NCBI GenBank assembly: GCA_963758525.1
Contig: CAVWVQ010000003.1
Span: forward strand, 1,344,001-1,408,000
Length of the DNA stretch: 64,000 nucleotides
Direction of reading: 5' to 3'
Source of the DNA: an uncultured Phycisphaerales bacterium
GTDB lineage: Bacteria > Planctomycetota > Phycisphaerae > Tepidisphaerales > Tepidisphaeraceae
In this document: one piece after another, positions 20,643 to 31,343 of the stretch
How positions within the stretch are numbered: the first letter of the stretch is position 1
Layout: the number at the start of each line of letters is the position of its first letter
Notes under the pieces: model-generated
What the model saw: the letters and a program-made list of their open reading frames with translations, nothing else
Told to the model about the DNA's origin: nothing
The model's database searches: none
Translations under genes and position numbers: made by a program

Positions 20643-22438
20643 ATGCCCATGATTTCCCCAGATCAGGCTAAGGACGAATATGACGTGGTGATCGTCGGCT
20701 CCGGCGCGGGCGGAGGACAAGCGGCATACACGCTCACGCTTGCCGGCTTCAAGTGCGTGATGCTGGAAGCGGGACGCAGCTATGACCCCGTTAAAGAGAC
20801 GCCGATGTTTCAGGCGAACTGGCAGGCGCCGATGCGCGGCGCGTCCATTCCGGGGAAGCCGTTTGGCTTTTACGACGCGACGGTGGACGGCGGGTGGGAA
20901 GTGCCCGGCGAGCCGTACACCAGCGCACACCCGGCCGGAAGAAGAATTCAAATGGTGGCGGGCGCATGATGGGAGGACGGACCAATCACTGGGGACGTAT
21001 CTCATTGCGCAATGGGCCGTACGACTTCAAACCCAAGTCGCGCGATGGACTCGGATTTGACTGGCCGATGAGCTACGAAGATGTCGAGCCGTACTACACG
21101 AAGGTCGAACGGCTCATCGGCGTCTACGGGACCAACGAAGGGATGGAAAACACGCCGAATTCTCCCGACGGCGTGTTGCTGCCGGCGCCAAAGGGACGCG
21201 CGGTGGAGCTTCTCACGCAGAAGCACGGCAAGGCGATGGGAGTTCCGTTTATCTCCGCGCACCGCGCGGTGCTTACCCGGCACCTCGATTGGAAAAACCT
21301 GCCCGCGAAGCTCCACCCGGGCAACAAATGGGCGCAAAAGATCGTCCGCGAGGCAATGGCCAATCGCTCGGCCTGCTTTTGGGCAACCAGTTGCGGCAGG
21401 GGTTGCTCGGTTGCGGCAAATTATCAGTCGACCACAGTGCATCTTCCGCCGGCGCTGGCGACGGGAAATCTTGATCTGATCTCCAACGCCCACGTCCGCG
21501 AGGTACTGGTCAACAAGGACGGCAAAGCGACCGGTGTGCTGTTTATTGACAGAACGACCGGAAACGAACGCCGTGTGAAGGGGAAGGCGGTCATTCTCGC
21601 CGCCGGCTCATGCGAGACGCTGCGCATCCTGTTGAACTCGAAGAGCAGCGGCAATCCGGCGGGTGTTGCGAATTCAAGCGGCCTGGTCGGCAAATATATC
21701 ATGGATACGACCGGCGCTGGTATGTCCGGTCAGATCCCGACGTTGGAAAATCTGCCGCCGTTCAACGAAGACGGAGCTGGCGGGCTGCACTTCTACGCGC
21801 CGTGGTGGCTCTATCAGGAGCAGAAGGCCGGCAAGTTGAACTTCGCGCGCGGGTACCACATTGAATTTGGCGGGTCGCGCCAGATGCCGGGCGCGGATAG
21901 TCCAGTGCCTGCGGAGTTGGCACGCGGAAGTTATGGCACGAAGTTCAAGGAAGACGCACGCCGGTATTTCGGTTCGTTTGTCTTCTTCGACTGCCGGGGG
22001 GAAATGATCCCCAACGAGCATTCGTATGCCGAGCCCGATCCGAACGTGAAGGACCGCTGGGACATCCCCGTGCTGCGGTTCCATTGGAAGTGGAGTGAGC
22101 ATGAGCTGAACCAGGTCGTGCACTCGCAGAAAATCTTCGCGGCGTTGATCGAATCGATGGGCGGCCGCGTCGACGGAAAGCCGGCCGGCGAAGGGTATGA
22201 ATGCATCAAGCGGCCCGGTTTCATCATTCATGAAGTCGGCGGGACGATTACTGGCGACGATCCGAAAAAGTCCGTCTGCAATCAATGGAGCCAAACCTGG
22301 GACGTGAAGAACCTGTTCCTCTGTGACGGCGCGCCATTCGCGTCCAACGCGGATAAGAATCCGACGCTCACGATCCTCGCGCTGAGCTGGCGGGCATGCG
22401 ATCACCTGATCGATGAGGCGAAGAAAGGAAACCTGTGA
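20643..22438 (+). CDS. GMC-family FAD oxidoreductase (frameshifted at ~20930-20965)
   Basis: [15 protein letters not shown] motif; [24 protein letters not shown]. Confidence 0.92.
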
Positions 22439-23133
22439 AAAACGAGCAGACGCTGATCGACCTGACTATCCACGGAACCGCGCCTCGCACGATTTCCCGA
22501 CGTCGGGCGATGCAATGGGTTCTGGCGGCCGTTGCTGCGTCGAGCCTGCGCCCCCCTTCGGGAGCGCGTGGCGGCGAACATCCAACAACTCTACCGGCGG
22601 GCATCGGATACGGGACCGATCCGAATCTGCTCAAGACCTACAAGCCCGGTGATCTGTGGCCGCTGACGTTGACTGCGCCGCAGCGCGCGACGGCAATCGC
22701 GCTTGCCGACGTCATATTGCCGAAGGACGACCTCGGCCCCGCCGCCAGCGAGCTCGGTGTCGTCGATATGCTCGACGAGTGGATTTCCGCTCCCTACGAA
22801 CATCAGCAGAACGATCGCGGGCCCGTCGTGACCGGCCTCGACTGGCTCGAAGCAGAGTCGAACAAACGGTTTCAAACCAGCTTTGCAAAACTTGACGCGA
22901 CGCAGCAGCATGCGATCTGCGACGATATCTGCTTTGTTGAAACCGCCAAGCCCGAATTTCGCGACGCCGCGCAGTTCTTCGCGAAATTCCGCTCGATCTC
23001 CGCCGCGGCGTACTACTCGACGCCGGAGGGTTGGAAAGCAATCGGATATGTCGGCAACGTCGCATTGGAAAAGTTCGACGGGCCGCCGGAAGAAGTGCTC
23101 AAGAAACTTGGCGTGACGCAGACGGTGGTGTGA
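22435..23133 (+). CDS. Gluconate 2-dehydrogenase subunit 3 family protein
   Basis: SRRRAM Tat-like signal; LADVILP...ASELGV; YYSTPEGWKAIGYVGN; overlaps the GMC stop codon. Confidence 0.85.
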   Translation: MKNEQTLIDLTIHGTAPRTISRRRAMQWVLAAVAASSLRPPSGARGGEHPTTLPAGIGYGTDPNLLKTYKPGDLWPLTLTAPQRATAIALADVILPKDDLGPAASELGVVDMLDEWISAPYEHQQNDRGPVVTGLDWLEAESNKRFQTSFAKLDATQQHAICDDICFVETAKPEFRDAAQFFAKFRSISAAAYYSTPEGWKAIGYVGNVALEKFDGPPEEVLKKLGVTQTVV

Positions 23134-23284
23134 TTGTCAAGGTCAGAGAACGCCGAGAAGCACAAGAACAGCGGGAACGCTCAGGATCACGATGATCTGC
23201 GACACCACGATCGTCGCCAGGACGTGATCGAAGCGAAGGTATTTCCTGTACGCCACGCAGAGGCGATAGCTGAGGAAGTGGAAC

Positions 23285-23526
23285 GGGGACGCAGCTAGTT
23301 ATTCCGCGCTTACCGCTCACATTTTCCCACCTTTCTGAATCTTCTTCGGGCGGCCCTCGCGGCGGACGGTATGGCCAAGACCCAGCTCATGGGCCATCTT
23401 GGCCGTCCACCCGGCGTTGCCCAGCGGCCGGCCACGTCGTTCGCTGGTTTCGATCGCCTCCCGCTCGGCGTCAGTCGGGGGCTGGTTTACCAGTTCAATC
23501 CGCTCCCGTCCACGCTCGACCGGCCA
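23285..23526 (-). pseudogene. 3' remnant of a REP-associated tyrosine transposase (RAYT) with adjacent REP-like motif
   Basis: WPVERGRERIELVNQPPTDAEREAIETSERRGRPLG..WTAKMAHELGLGHTVRREGRPKK (stop 23317), followed by aataactagctgcgtcccc. Confidence 0.7.
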
Positions 23527-23791
23527 GGAGAAACTAAAGAACGTCTATCGTCACCAAGGCGCAAAGCCTGACGCTCTCTCGGGTCACCAACGCCTGATAC
23601 GGCAGCGTGGGGTCACTCCCCTGATGTGCCAGTATGGCGAGACGTGACCGTTGCAAGGAGAGAGTGGCCGCTGAAACCTCAATGCCCCACCCTGATTGCA
23701 AAGTCTGTTTTTGCCGCCGACCGCGGCAGCCGAAGGTCTATGCACTAAACATTGTCGCCCAATTCATCCATGGCAGTCTTTAGTTCTCCCC
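23526..23791. mobile_element. 266-bp non-coding element with 14-bp imperfect terminal inverted repeats and an internal long hairpin
   Basis: AGGAGAAACTAAAG ... CTTTAGTTCTCCCC; same ends recur at 44476-44537; genes on both sides break at the ends. Confidence 0.6.
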
Positions 23792-23918
23792 TGCCGGATT
23801 CAAAGCCCGGGTTCGCCAGCAATTGGGTGCTGGACATGAGGACGCGACCTGGAAGCGCCTCGATGACGCATCCCATGTTCGTTCGTTTGCGACGCTGCTT
23901 GTTCTTTTCTGCGGCCAT
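23792..23918 (-). pseudogene. N-terminal stub of a planctomycete secreted protein
   Basis: MAAEKNKQRRKR...IEALPGRVLMSSTQLLANPGFESG (LEPRxLL-like motif plus NPGFE), cut at the element end. Confidence 0.6.
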
Positions 23919-24064
23919 GGTGGCGTCCTTTGTGCTTGGTGGTCGATATGAAATCGAGCCGGTAGACGCACCCGCGGGTCTTGGCCGGCCGAGCTGATTC
24001 GCGATACGCCATATCAAGATAGCGAGAGTCGCAGTTCCGGCGTGTCAGAATTCAGGATATCGAC

Positions 24065-26440
24065 TTATCCGCTGTGACTGAGAGACGAAACCAGGAAATA
24101 CCTTGCGGTTGAGACGTTCGGGTACTTCAACTTAACGATTAGTTTCTTTTTAGCGCCGGGTTTGAGATGCAGGTGCTTCGCGGGCACGGTCGCAACGATA
24201 GTATCGCTCGCGTCGAGCGTCTGGTCTGTCGAGAGAAATAGCTCGATGCCAGTCGCTCCCGTGTCGAGGGCCGTTCCGGTATTTTGCACGATGACGCTGG
24301 CGGAGCCGGGCTGACCAAAATTCGGAACGACCGTCTGCGGAGTGATCGCCACGATTACGTCGTTTACGTAAGGTTTGGTGATCGCAAACGGACTTGACGC
24401 AACGACGCTCTCACCCTTCGAGGAATTGACGCGCGTGAGGACGTAGTAGGTGCCGGTTGGAAGTACAGGATACTTGAAGGCGAAGAGCAGTGTCGTCCCT
24501 TGTCCGGATTTCAGCTTGGAAAACTTCCGGGCGGGGCCGAGTTGCGCGTCGCTTCCGTCGAGTGTCTGATCGGCGGAGAGAAAGAGGCTCACGGTCGCCG
24601 GGCCGGAGAGATTAGCACCGCTTTGGTTGCTGATTCGCACCTTCAGATTGCCCTTGTTGCCAGCAGTGACATTGGCGGGCAGCGGAGCGATCACCGTGCC
24701 GGTGACCGGTGCGGGCGCTGGCGGAGGGATCGCAGCGGAAAGATCAATACCAAAGCCGCCAGCTGCTCCGGCTGCCGCAAACACGCCTGCTGTATTTTTG
24801 ATGGTATTCGGCTCGATGATCACCGTGTACTGTCCGTTGTCGGCGGCATCAAGTGTGCCGCCGGGAGGCGTAATTGCAAAATCGATGCGATTCGAGAGTT
24901 GGGACGTCACGCGAGTTGCGAATTGACTGAATCCGTTCGGGCCAGTGACCAGAACGCACGAGTTGCCGATCGACGAATTGTCGAGCGGCGCCTGGGATAG
25001 GAGCAACATCGTGAAGCGAACGGATGTTGCCCCTGCAACTGGTTCGCCATCGAGGTTGTCGAAGTCCACAAATAGACTGCTGTCACCTCCACCACCGTTG
25101 TCAGCATTTTCCCAAAGCTCGGTCCCGTGGACGCCATCGTCGGCACTGAAGAACAAAGTCCTATCGACGTAGGTCAGGTTTGATTGATTGGACGAGGCAT
25201 CGTTGCCAATAAGCGTCGTACCGTATGTGGTGCCGTCGCTTGTCCAGAGCCCGTCCCCATTGCCAGGGTCGTTTGCGGTGAAGACTAAGCTTTCACCGCC
25301 AGAGGTAAGGCTTCCGATGCTTGAAAACGAATGCACCTCTGATGTCCCGACCAGCGTCCCGTCACTTTTCCAGAGGTCGCTGAAGGTGTTATCGAAGTAG
25401 ATGTTGCCGAAGGTGAAATACAGTTCGCCGTTCACGTTCGTCAGTTCTGCCGGATTAGAACCATCTGGCCCCCCGACGATGTCCTTTACCAACTGGGTCC
25501 CCGCCGCAGTGCCGTCGGTCTTCCAGAGTTCGCGGCCATCAACTCCGTCGTCTGCCTCGAAAAACGCATTGGTGCCGGCCACCGTGAAGGGGCCGGGATG
25601 CGCACTCCCGGATGGGGGAGTATACCCGAACGACTTGATGGGAATTGCGCTGCCGATTGTTCCGTCGCTTTCGAACAATTGACTGCTGTTGAGGAAGCCG
25701 TTCGTGAATATCAGCTTTCCGTTGATCGTACCCAGATGATTAAAGCTATAGTCCTCGTAGACGTCGGTCAGCGAATTCCCGTCGGTGGACCACAGTGCCA
25801 TCGGACGAGTGTATTCGTCGCCGTTCATGCTGTCGGCGAGAAAGTACAGATCATTGCCAAATGCCGTAAAATCGAATGGCACCCCATCGTTGCCCACGCT
25901 TCCAACCTGGCCGACCGGATAGGTTCCAGCCGAGGTTCCGTCACTCCTCCAGATGTTGTAAATTCCGCCGTACTGCTCGACCCCATGCACGAAAACAAGC
26001 ACGCCGTTGTCATTCGCGAGCGAGCTGTTCACACCCGAAGTATCGGGAACCGCAACTGTGCCATTCGCTGTCCCATCGCTCTTCCAGACGGCCGATTCGA
26101 TGCCGTCATTTGCAATGAAATAGAGGGTTCCATTCACGTTCGTGAGCGAGGTCGGACCCGAACTTGCGACGCCAGGATTGATGTCCTTCACCATGACGGT
26201 GCCCGCTGCGGTACCGTCTGACTTCCAGAGCTCAACACCGTGGGAATCATCCTCGGCGGTGAAAAATAGGCCGCCGTTGACGTTTGTCAGGTTCGCGGGA
26301 GACGATGAGGTTCCGCCTGGGAAAATGTCACTTACAAGTTGAACTGAGAACAATCGTCTGGGCTCAAGAAATTCGCAGGACGCGCGGCACAAAGCTCCTC
26401 CCCCAAATTCGTCGGAGACCAGACGCTCTCGCCTTCGCAT
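24065..26440 (-). CDS. Secreted ELWxxDGT-repeat protein with C-terminal Ig/CARDB-like domains
   Basis: EFLEPRRLFS motif; repeated ELWKSDGTAAGT; GGAGG upstream of ATG 26440. Confidence 0.9.
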   Translation of the reverse strand: MRRRERLVSDEFGGGALCRASCEFLEPRRLFSVQLVSDIFPGGTSSSPANLTNVNGGLFFTAEDDSHGVELWKSDGTAAGTVMVKDINPGVASSGPTSLTNVNGTLYFIANDGIESAVWKSDGTANGTVAVPDTSGVNSSLANDNGVLVFVHGVEQYGGIYNIWRSDGTSAGTYPVGQVGSVGNDGVPFDFTAFGNDLYFLADSMNGDEYTRPMALWSTDGNSLTDVYEDYSFNHLGTINGKLIFTNGFLNSSQLFESDGTIGSAIPIKSFGYTPPSGSAHPGPFTVAGTNAFFEADDGVDGRELWKTDGTAAGTQLVKDIVGGPDGSNPAELTNVNGELYFTFGNIYFDNTFSDLWKSDGTLVGTSEVHSFSSIGSLTSGGESLVFTANDPGNGDGLWTSDGTTYGTTLIGNDASSNQSNLTYVDRTLFFSADDGVHGTELWENADNGGGGDSSLFVDFDNLDGEPVAGATSVRFTMLLLSQAPLDNSSIGNSCVLVTGPNGFSQFATRVTSQLSNRIDFAITPPGGTLDAADNGQYTVIIEPNTIKNTAGVFAAAGAAGGFGIDLSAAIPPPAPAPVTGTVIAPLPANVTAGNKGNLKVRISNQSGANLSGPATVSLFLSADQTLDGSDAQLGPARKFSKLKSGQGTTLLFAFKYPVLPTGTYYVLTRVNSSKGESVVASSPFAITKPYVNDVIVAITPQTVVPNFGQPGSASVIVQNTGTALDTGATGIELFLSTDQTLDASDTIVATVPAKHLHLKPGAKKKLIVKLKYPNVSTARYFLVSSLSHSG

Positions 26441-26485
26441 AATTTTCCTCCGTATCAAACGGCACCAGCAGCGCAGTTCCCGGAT

Positions 26486-26884
26486 TCAGTCGACCCGCAT
26501 CGCTTGCGCTCTTTCATCGTCGTTCAGAAATGGCGATGAGTGCACCGCCCCATCCAACGATGCCCGGAGCATTTGCCCTTGGGCGCGAATGATGACGGAG
26601 AAAACGTAGAACACCAGCCACACAAAGGACGCCGCGAAGAAAGAGGCAATTTGAACAGCAACGTCCCCGCCACCGTTCGAACGATGCGCCGGATGCGATC
26701 CCACAGTGTGGCCTTGGGTGGTATAAAGGAAGGCGCCCCCAAAAAGCAGCAGCGCGACCAGTGCGCCTAAGACGTTTAGCGTCGTGCCAAGAGCTATCAC
26801 CGCCTTGGCAACGCGGTACGCATCGTTGTATCGCTTCATCACCTTTGCCGTAGAAACCGGGCGGGGCGCGACTTGAACTGTCAT
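26486..26884 (-). CDS. Hypothetical two-TM membrane protein
   Basis: GGAGG RBS; two hydrophobic segments; RY.DAY and AQGQML.ASLD.AV.SSPFL segments. Confidence 0.7.
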   Translation of the reverse strand: MTVQVAPRPVSTAKVMKRYNDAYRVAKAVIALGTTLNVLGALVALLLFGGAFLYTTQGHTVGSHPAHRSNGGGDVAVQIASFFAASFVWLVFYVFSVIIRAQGQMLRASLDGAVHSSPFLNDDERAQAMRVD

Positions 26885-27442
26885 TGGATTCCTCCCATTT
26901 GACTTGTGCCACACCATCGTCGCGAATGCAGTAATAACCGGATTCCACTCGGAGTCAAGAAGAATCGTCGTTGCAATTTCGTAATGCGTCCTCTGAAGGC
27001 TTCGATTTCGCGTTGCACAAGGGTTTGGAAATCAAGGCGCGGCGGGCTGCTGCGGATTTGCCATTGTGGTTTCTTCTTCATGCGCACCAAAAACGACAGA
27101 GTTGGTGCCATGACTGTGACACTCATGGCCGCCTCCGAAGGTTGTTGTCTTGGAGCAGTTCGGAACCTCCCGCCCTCGCGAGATTCCGTTTGTCCAATCG
27201 CTCCCCATCCCATCGCCCTGACCCAGGATGAGCCGGGTGGAATGACTGATACCTATGAAGCGTGCGCGGCTTTGAGCGAATGTCACCTTGCGGGAATTTA
27301 TTTTGACCCCGCCCCGTCGCTGGAATGTACCCGGCCTGCACGATACCTTGATTTCCGGAAAATGAGCGAACTCTCGGGCGAATTGCGCGAACTCCAATTG
27401 CTTCTGGACCGGCACCTTGCGGGTGAAGCGGGCGGAAAGCTG

Positions 27443-27750
27443 TAAAGGTGACATCCACCGTTTTCATTTGTCATGTTCCGGCACCTTCGGCCGCGTCTCG
27501 GATTCAGAGTGTACTGCAGCCACATCCGGCCGGCCATTTTCGGGGTCGAGGGATCGACACCGAGGCGGCCGGCCACGCTCGAAGCTGAGTGCGACCGTGC
27601 GACCCGTTTTACCGCGGCCGGATCGATCGGCTCGTTCACCAGCGCCGTCCAGTTCCGCGGGCGGTCGATTGGCCAATCGTCGAGGAGCTTTCTGGCCAGC
27701 TCCTTTTGGCAGCCCAGGCTGGACCAGTGCCAGTCCTGCGCCCGCTCCAT
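27443..27750 (-). pseudogene. Second degraded RAYT 3' remnant with REP-like end
   Basis: ERAQDWHWSSL...LLDDWPIDRPRNWTALVNEP...ERGRP (frameshifted), followed by ggtggatgtcacctttac. Confidence 0.7.
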
Positions 27751-27990
27751 GGCGGCGGTTTTTCGAGCGGAAGCCAAGTGGAGTGCGGCCACGGGTTATA
27801 CTGCCGGCATCCTGCAATCTTGCTTCTCATCCGGGCTATCCGAGCCATCCGCGGTTAGATCTCTTCGGCCTCGAATGACGCGCCTCCCGGAGATACCCGG
27901 AGATGGGGCGAGGCGAGCGGCTGCTGGGGAGAGTGTCTTTCTCCCTCCCACGGGTGAAACACGCCAGCATAGTACCGCCATCAGCCACAG

Positions 27991-28059
27991 TGCAAGCAAT
28001 CTTTTGTTAGTTACTCCGGGGTCAAAAATGTAAAGTTTTGTAAAGTTATGTAAAGCGAA
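27991..28059 (-). promoter_or_regulatory. 69-bp module with three 10-bp-phased GTAAA boxes, copy 1
   Basis: TGCAAGCAA-N30-GTAAA-N5-GTAAA-N5-GTAAAGCGAA; same spacing at 45528-45596. Confidence 0.6.
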
Positions 28060-28345
28060 GCCGCGTTTTTTGCATGGGAAGCGGGTTTGATGATGTGCAG
28101 CCGCTTGCATTGTTCCGGAGATGTAAAGCGATCGGTGGGCTCGCGCGGGAACGGCGCAGGGCGTCCGGCTTCGGCGTGCGATCTTGCACGACAGCGGACC
28201 TCTTCAGTTTCTTCCGCTCAGCCGCGCTCCGCGCATCGATCCGCCGGGAGCCCGTCGCGGACTTCGGGTGGCAGTCGCCGCGACGACCGGGGTGCGGGAC
28301 GACGGAGGGGTTCGGCTTGTCGGTCGCCGTTCGACGACCAAATCA

Positions 28346-28383
28346 CCCTCACCCCAGCCCTCTCCCGGAGTACCGGGAGAGGG
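28346..28383. repeat. CCCTC-type palindromic repeat (ccctcaccccagccctctcccggagtaccgggagaggg)
   Basis: Related copies at 32465, 32567, 33541, 33618, 57674. Confidence 0.85.
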
Positions 28384-28550
28384 GGAGAGAGGGCCGATGG
28401 GCGAGGAACGGGTTGCTGGCGGCGCGGCACACTCTTGGAGGGTGCGCCGCGTGAATCCCAGGAGTGTGCCCGCAGCATCAGGCGGCGATGAGGTTACAGC
28501 GGGAAATGTAACGTCATAAAGTGGCGAGGCTCCCGCGGAACATGGCGCAG

Positions 28551-28580
28551 AACCTCTCAAAACCTGTCAAAACCTCTCAA
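28551..28580. repeat. Triple 10-bp tandem repeat
   Basis: aacctctcaa aacctgtcaa aacctctcaa. Confidence 0.8.
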
Positions 28581-28678
28581 CTTGACTCGCGCGACTCCGG
28601 CGGCGCGGCATGCAGTGGCGGAGGATTCGCAAGCGGAATTGACGCCGCAAGGGCGGGGAGAGGCGAACTGCGGAGCGG

Positions 28679-29011
28679 TTACCGCGGCGAGACGAACACT
28701 GGCTCGCCCTTCGGACTCGACTGGGCGGGGTGATTGCGGGTGAGGTAGTCGTTCATCGTGAGGACAAGCATGATGCAGAGCCAGAGGATGCCGGCGCCGG
28801 CGACAAACCAGGTGGTCCAGCTTTCATTCTTCATGTGCATGAAGAAGAGGACGATCAGCAGGCCCTTTGCGCAGGCGATGGCGACGGCTATGCCGTTGTT
28901 GGGGTAGCGGCCGATGTCGATGTAGGAGACGCCGACGGTGATGGCGAGCAGGACGAGCAGGATCACGTAGATCGTGACGTAAAGTTTTACCGAATGAGCT
29001 GGTGTGGCCAT
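28679..29011 (-). CDS. coxD: Cytochrome c oxidase subunit IV (caa3-type)
   Basis: Three TMs, IACAKGLLIVLFFMH, DYLTR; last gene of the operon. Confidence 0.88.
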   Translation of the reverse strand: MATPAHSVKLYVTIYVILLVLLAITVGVSYIDIGRYPNNGIAVAIACAKGLLIVLFFMHMKNESWTTWFVAGAGILWLCIMLVLTMNDYLTRNHPAQSSPKGEPVFVSPR

Positions 29012-29020
29012 GGTGTCCCC

Positions 29021-29697
29021 TTATCCTTGTCGCAGGAGGTACAGAGCCGGGTAGAGAAAGACCCAGACGATATCTACGAAGTGCCAGTAGAGGCCGAAGA
29101 TTTCCACCGGATTGTGGTATTCCGCGGAGAAGTGGCCGTGTCTGGCGAGGACGATGAGCACGATCATGATGCTGATCCCGACCAGCATGTGGGTGGCGTG
29201 GAACGCGGTCATGATGAAATAGAAGAGCATGAAGAGCCGCTCCTGAGGGGGCGCGGGTGCTGCTGGCTGGCGGGTTTGGAAGCCTCGTCGGGAGGGATGG
29301 TGGTGAAGTTGATGCCGGGGACCAGGCACTCGTGTGTCTCCAGGGAATATTCGAACCCCTTGAAGCCCAGGAAAATCAGGGCGAAGACGATGGTCAGGCC
29401 GATGTGGAGGACGATGCCGCGATCGTTTCCCTGTTTGGCGCTGCGGACGGCCAACGCCATGAACAGACTGCTGGTGAGCAGGACGGCGGTATTGATGCCG
29501 CCGATCCAGAGTTTGAGATCTTCGCTGCCATGGCGAAACGCGTCGGGCCAGCGGGTGCGATAGACGGTGTAGGACGTGAAGAGCACGCCGAAGAAGAGGA
29601 CTTCGGTGGCGAGGAAGAGCCACATGCCCAGCGTCGCGGAATGCGTCTGCTGCTCGATGTCTTCGTACTGCTGCTCGACATAGGCGGGCTTAGACAC
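29021..29697 (-). CDS. coxC: Cytochrome c oxidase subunit III (frameshift in C-run near 29245)
   Basis: [15 protein letters not shown]...[15 protein letters not shown]...[16 protein letters not shown]. Confidence 0.92.
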
Positions 29698-31342
29698 TGG
29701 GCTCCTCCTGGCGGCTTTCCTGAAGCTCGAGGTAATAGGCGTATGGCTCGTGCGTGACGACGGGGATGGTGTGGAAATTATGCTCCGGAGGCGGCGAGGT
29801 GGTGGTCCATTCCAGGCCGGTGGCGCGATAGGGGTTGTTGCCCGCGGTCTTGCCGTAGCGGAGCGACAGCGTCAGATAGATGAGGGGAAGCACGTAGCCA
29901 ACCGCGAGGATGGAAGCGCCTGCGCTGCTGAGATCGTTCCAGAACTGGAACTCCGGCGGGTAGACGGGGTACCGCCGGGGCATGCCGATGTACCCGAGGA
30001 TGAATTGCGGGAAGAAGGTGAGATTGAATCCGATGAAGATGATGATGGCGGAGACTTTTCCCCACCATTCGTCATACATTTTGCCGGTGATCTTGGGCCA
30101 CCAGAAATGGACGCCGCCCAGGTATGTCATGACCATGCCGCCGACCATGATGTAGTGGAAATGGGCGATGACGAAGTAAGTGTCGTGGACGTGAACGTCG
30201 AGGCCGAGGGTTGCGAGCATGACACCGGTGAGTCCGCCCATGGTGAAGAGGCCGATGAAACCGAGTGCGTAGAGCATCGGAGTTTGCAGGGAGATCGAGC
30301 CTCGGTAGAGCGTGGCGGTCCAGTTGAACACTTTGATGGCCGAGGGGACGGCGACCACCATGCTGAGGAAGGAGAAGACCATGCCGCTATAGACGGAGAT
30401 GCCGGCGACGAACATGTGATGGGCCCAGACGAGAAATCCCAGGATTGCGATGGCGACGCTGGAGAAGGCGATGAAGATGTATCCGAACGGCGCCTTGCGC
30501 GAGAAGCAGGTGATCAGTTCGCTCTCCACGGCCATGCCTGGCAGGATCATGATGTAGACGGCCGGATGGGAGTAGAACCAGAAGAGATGCTGGAAGAGCA
30601 GGGGATCGCCGCCGATGGCGGGGTCGAAGATTCCGATGCGCCAGATGCGTTCGATCCCCACCAGCGCCAGCGTCATCGCCAGAACGGGAGTCGCCAGGAC
30701 CTGGATGATGCTGGTCGCATAGATTCCCCAGACAAACAGCGGCATGCGAAACCAGGTCATTCCCGGGCATCGCATGGTGTGGGTGGTGACGATGAAATTC
30801 AGGCCGGTGAGGATGGTGCTGAACCCGACGATGAAGATTCCGATCACGACCAGCACCACGTGCGTGTTGGAAAAGCTGCTGGAGAGGGGCGTGTAGAACG
30901 TCCATCCGGTATCGACGCCGCCCCAGATCAGGGCGAAGAGCGTAAATGCGCCGCCGATGATGAAGAGGTACCAACTGGTGAGGTTCAGTTTTGGAAACGC
31001 GACGTCGCGCGCGCCGAGCATGAGCGGCATGAGGAAGTTGCCGAGCACGGCGGGGATCGACGGGATCAGGAAGAACCAGACCATGATCACGCCGTGCATG
31101 GTGAAGAGTTTGTTGTAGGTCTCGGATTTGACGATCCAGTTGGTCGGGTAGACCAGCTCCAGGCGGATGAGCGTGGCGGCGACTCCGCCGATGGCGAAGA
31201 AGAGCGTGATGGAGACCATGTAGAGCAGCGCAATGCGCTTGTGGTCCTTGGTCAGCAGCCACGAGCGGACGCGGTAGTCGTGGTTGAGAAAGTTCAACTG
31301 CTTTCTGCGCACCGGAGCGGGAATGTAGGCGGCGGTAGTCAT
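29690..31342 (-). CDS. coxA: Cytochrome c oxidase subunit I, type A2
   Basis: [23 protein letters not shown] (YS motif), WAHHMF, HFHY, GMPRRY. Confidence 0.97.
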   Translation of the reverse strand: MTTAAYIPAPVRRKQLNFLNHDYRVRSWLLTKDHKRIALLYMVSITLFFAIGGVAATLIRLELVYPTNWIVKSETYNKLFTMHGVIMVWFFLIPSIPAVLGNFLMPLMLGARDVAFPKLNLTSWYLFIIGGAFTLFALIWGGVDTGWTFYTPLSSSFSNTHVVLVVIGIFIVGFSTILTGLNFIVTTHTMRCPGMTWFRMPLFVWGIYATSIIQVLATPVLAMTLALVGIERIWRIGIFDPAIGGDPLLFQHLFWFYSHPAVYIMILPGMAVESELITCFSRKAPFGYIFIAFSSVAIAILGFLVWAHHMFVAGISVYSGMVFSFLSMVVAVPSAIKVFNWTATLYRGSISLQTPMLYALGFIGLFTMGGLTGVMLATLGLDVHVHDTYFVIAHFHYIMVGGMVMTYLGGVHFWWPKITGKMYDEWWGKVSAIIIFIGFNLTFFPQFILGYIGMPRRYPVYPPEFQFWNDLSSAGASILAVGYVLPLIYLTLSLRYGKTAGNNPYRATGLEWTTTSPPPEHNFHTIPVVTHEPYAYYLELQESRQEEPSV

Positions 31343-31343
31343 G

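Noticed and set aside
23555..23570. c-di-GMP-I riboswitch suggested by GGCGCAAAGCC
   Set aside because: The upstream GGCAAAC/GAAA-tetraloop stem is absent
26900..27445. Short ORFs on both strands
   Set aside because: No motifs, RBS or consistent frame; probably decayed DNA
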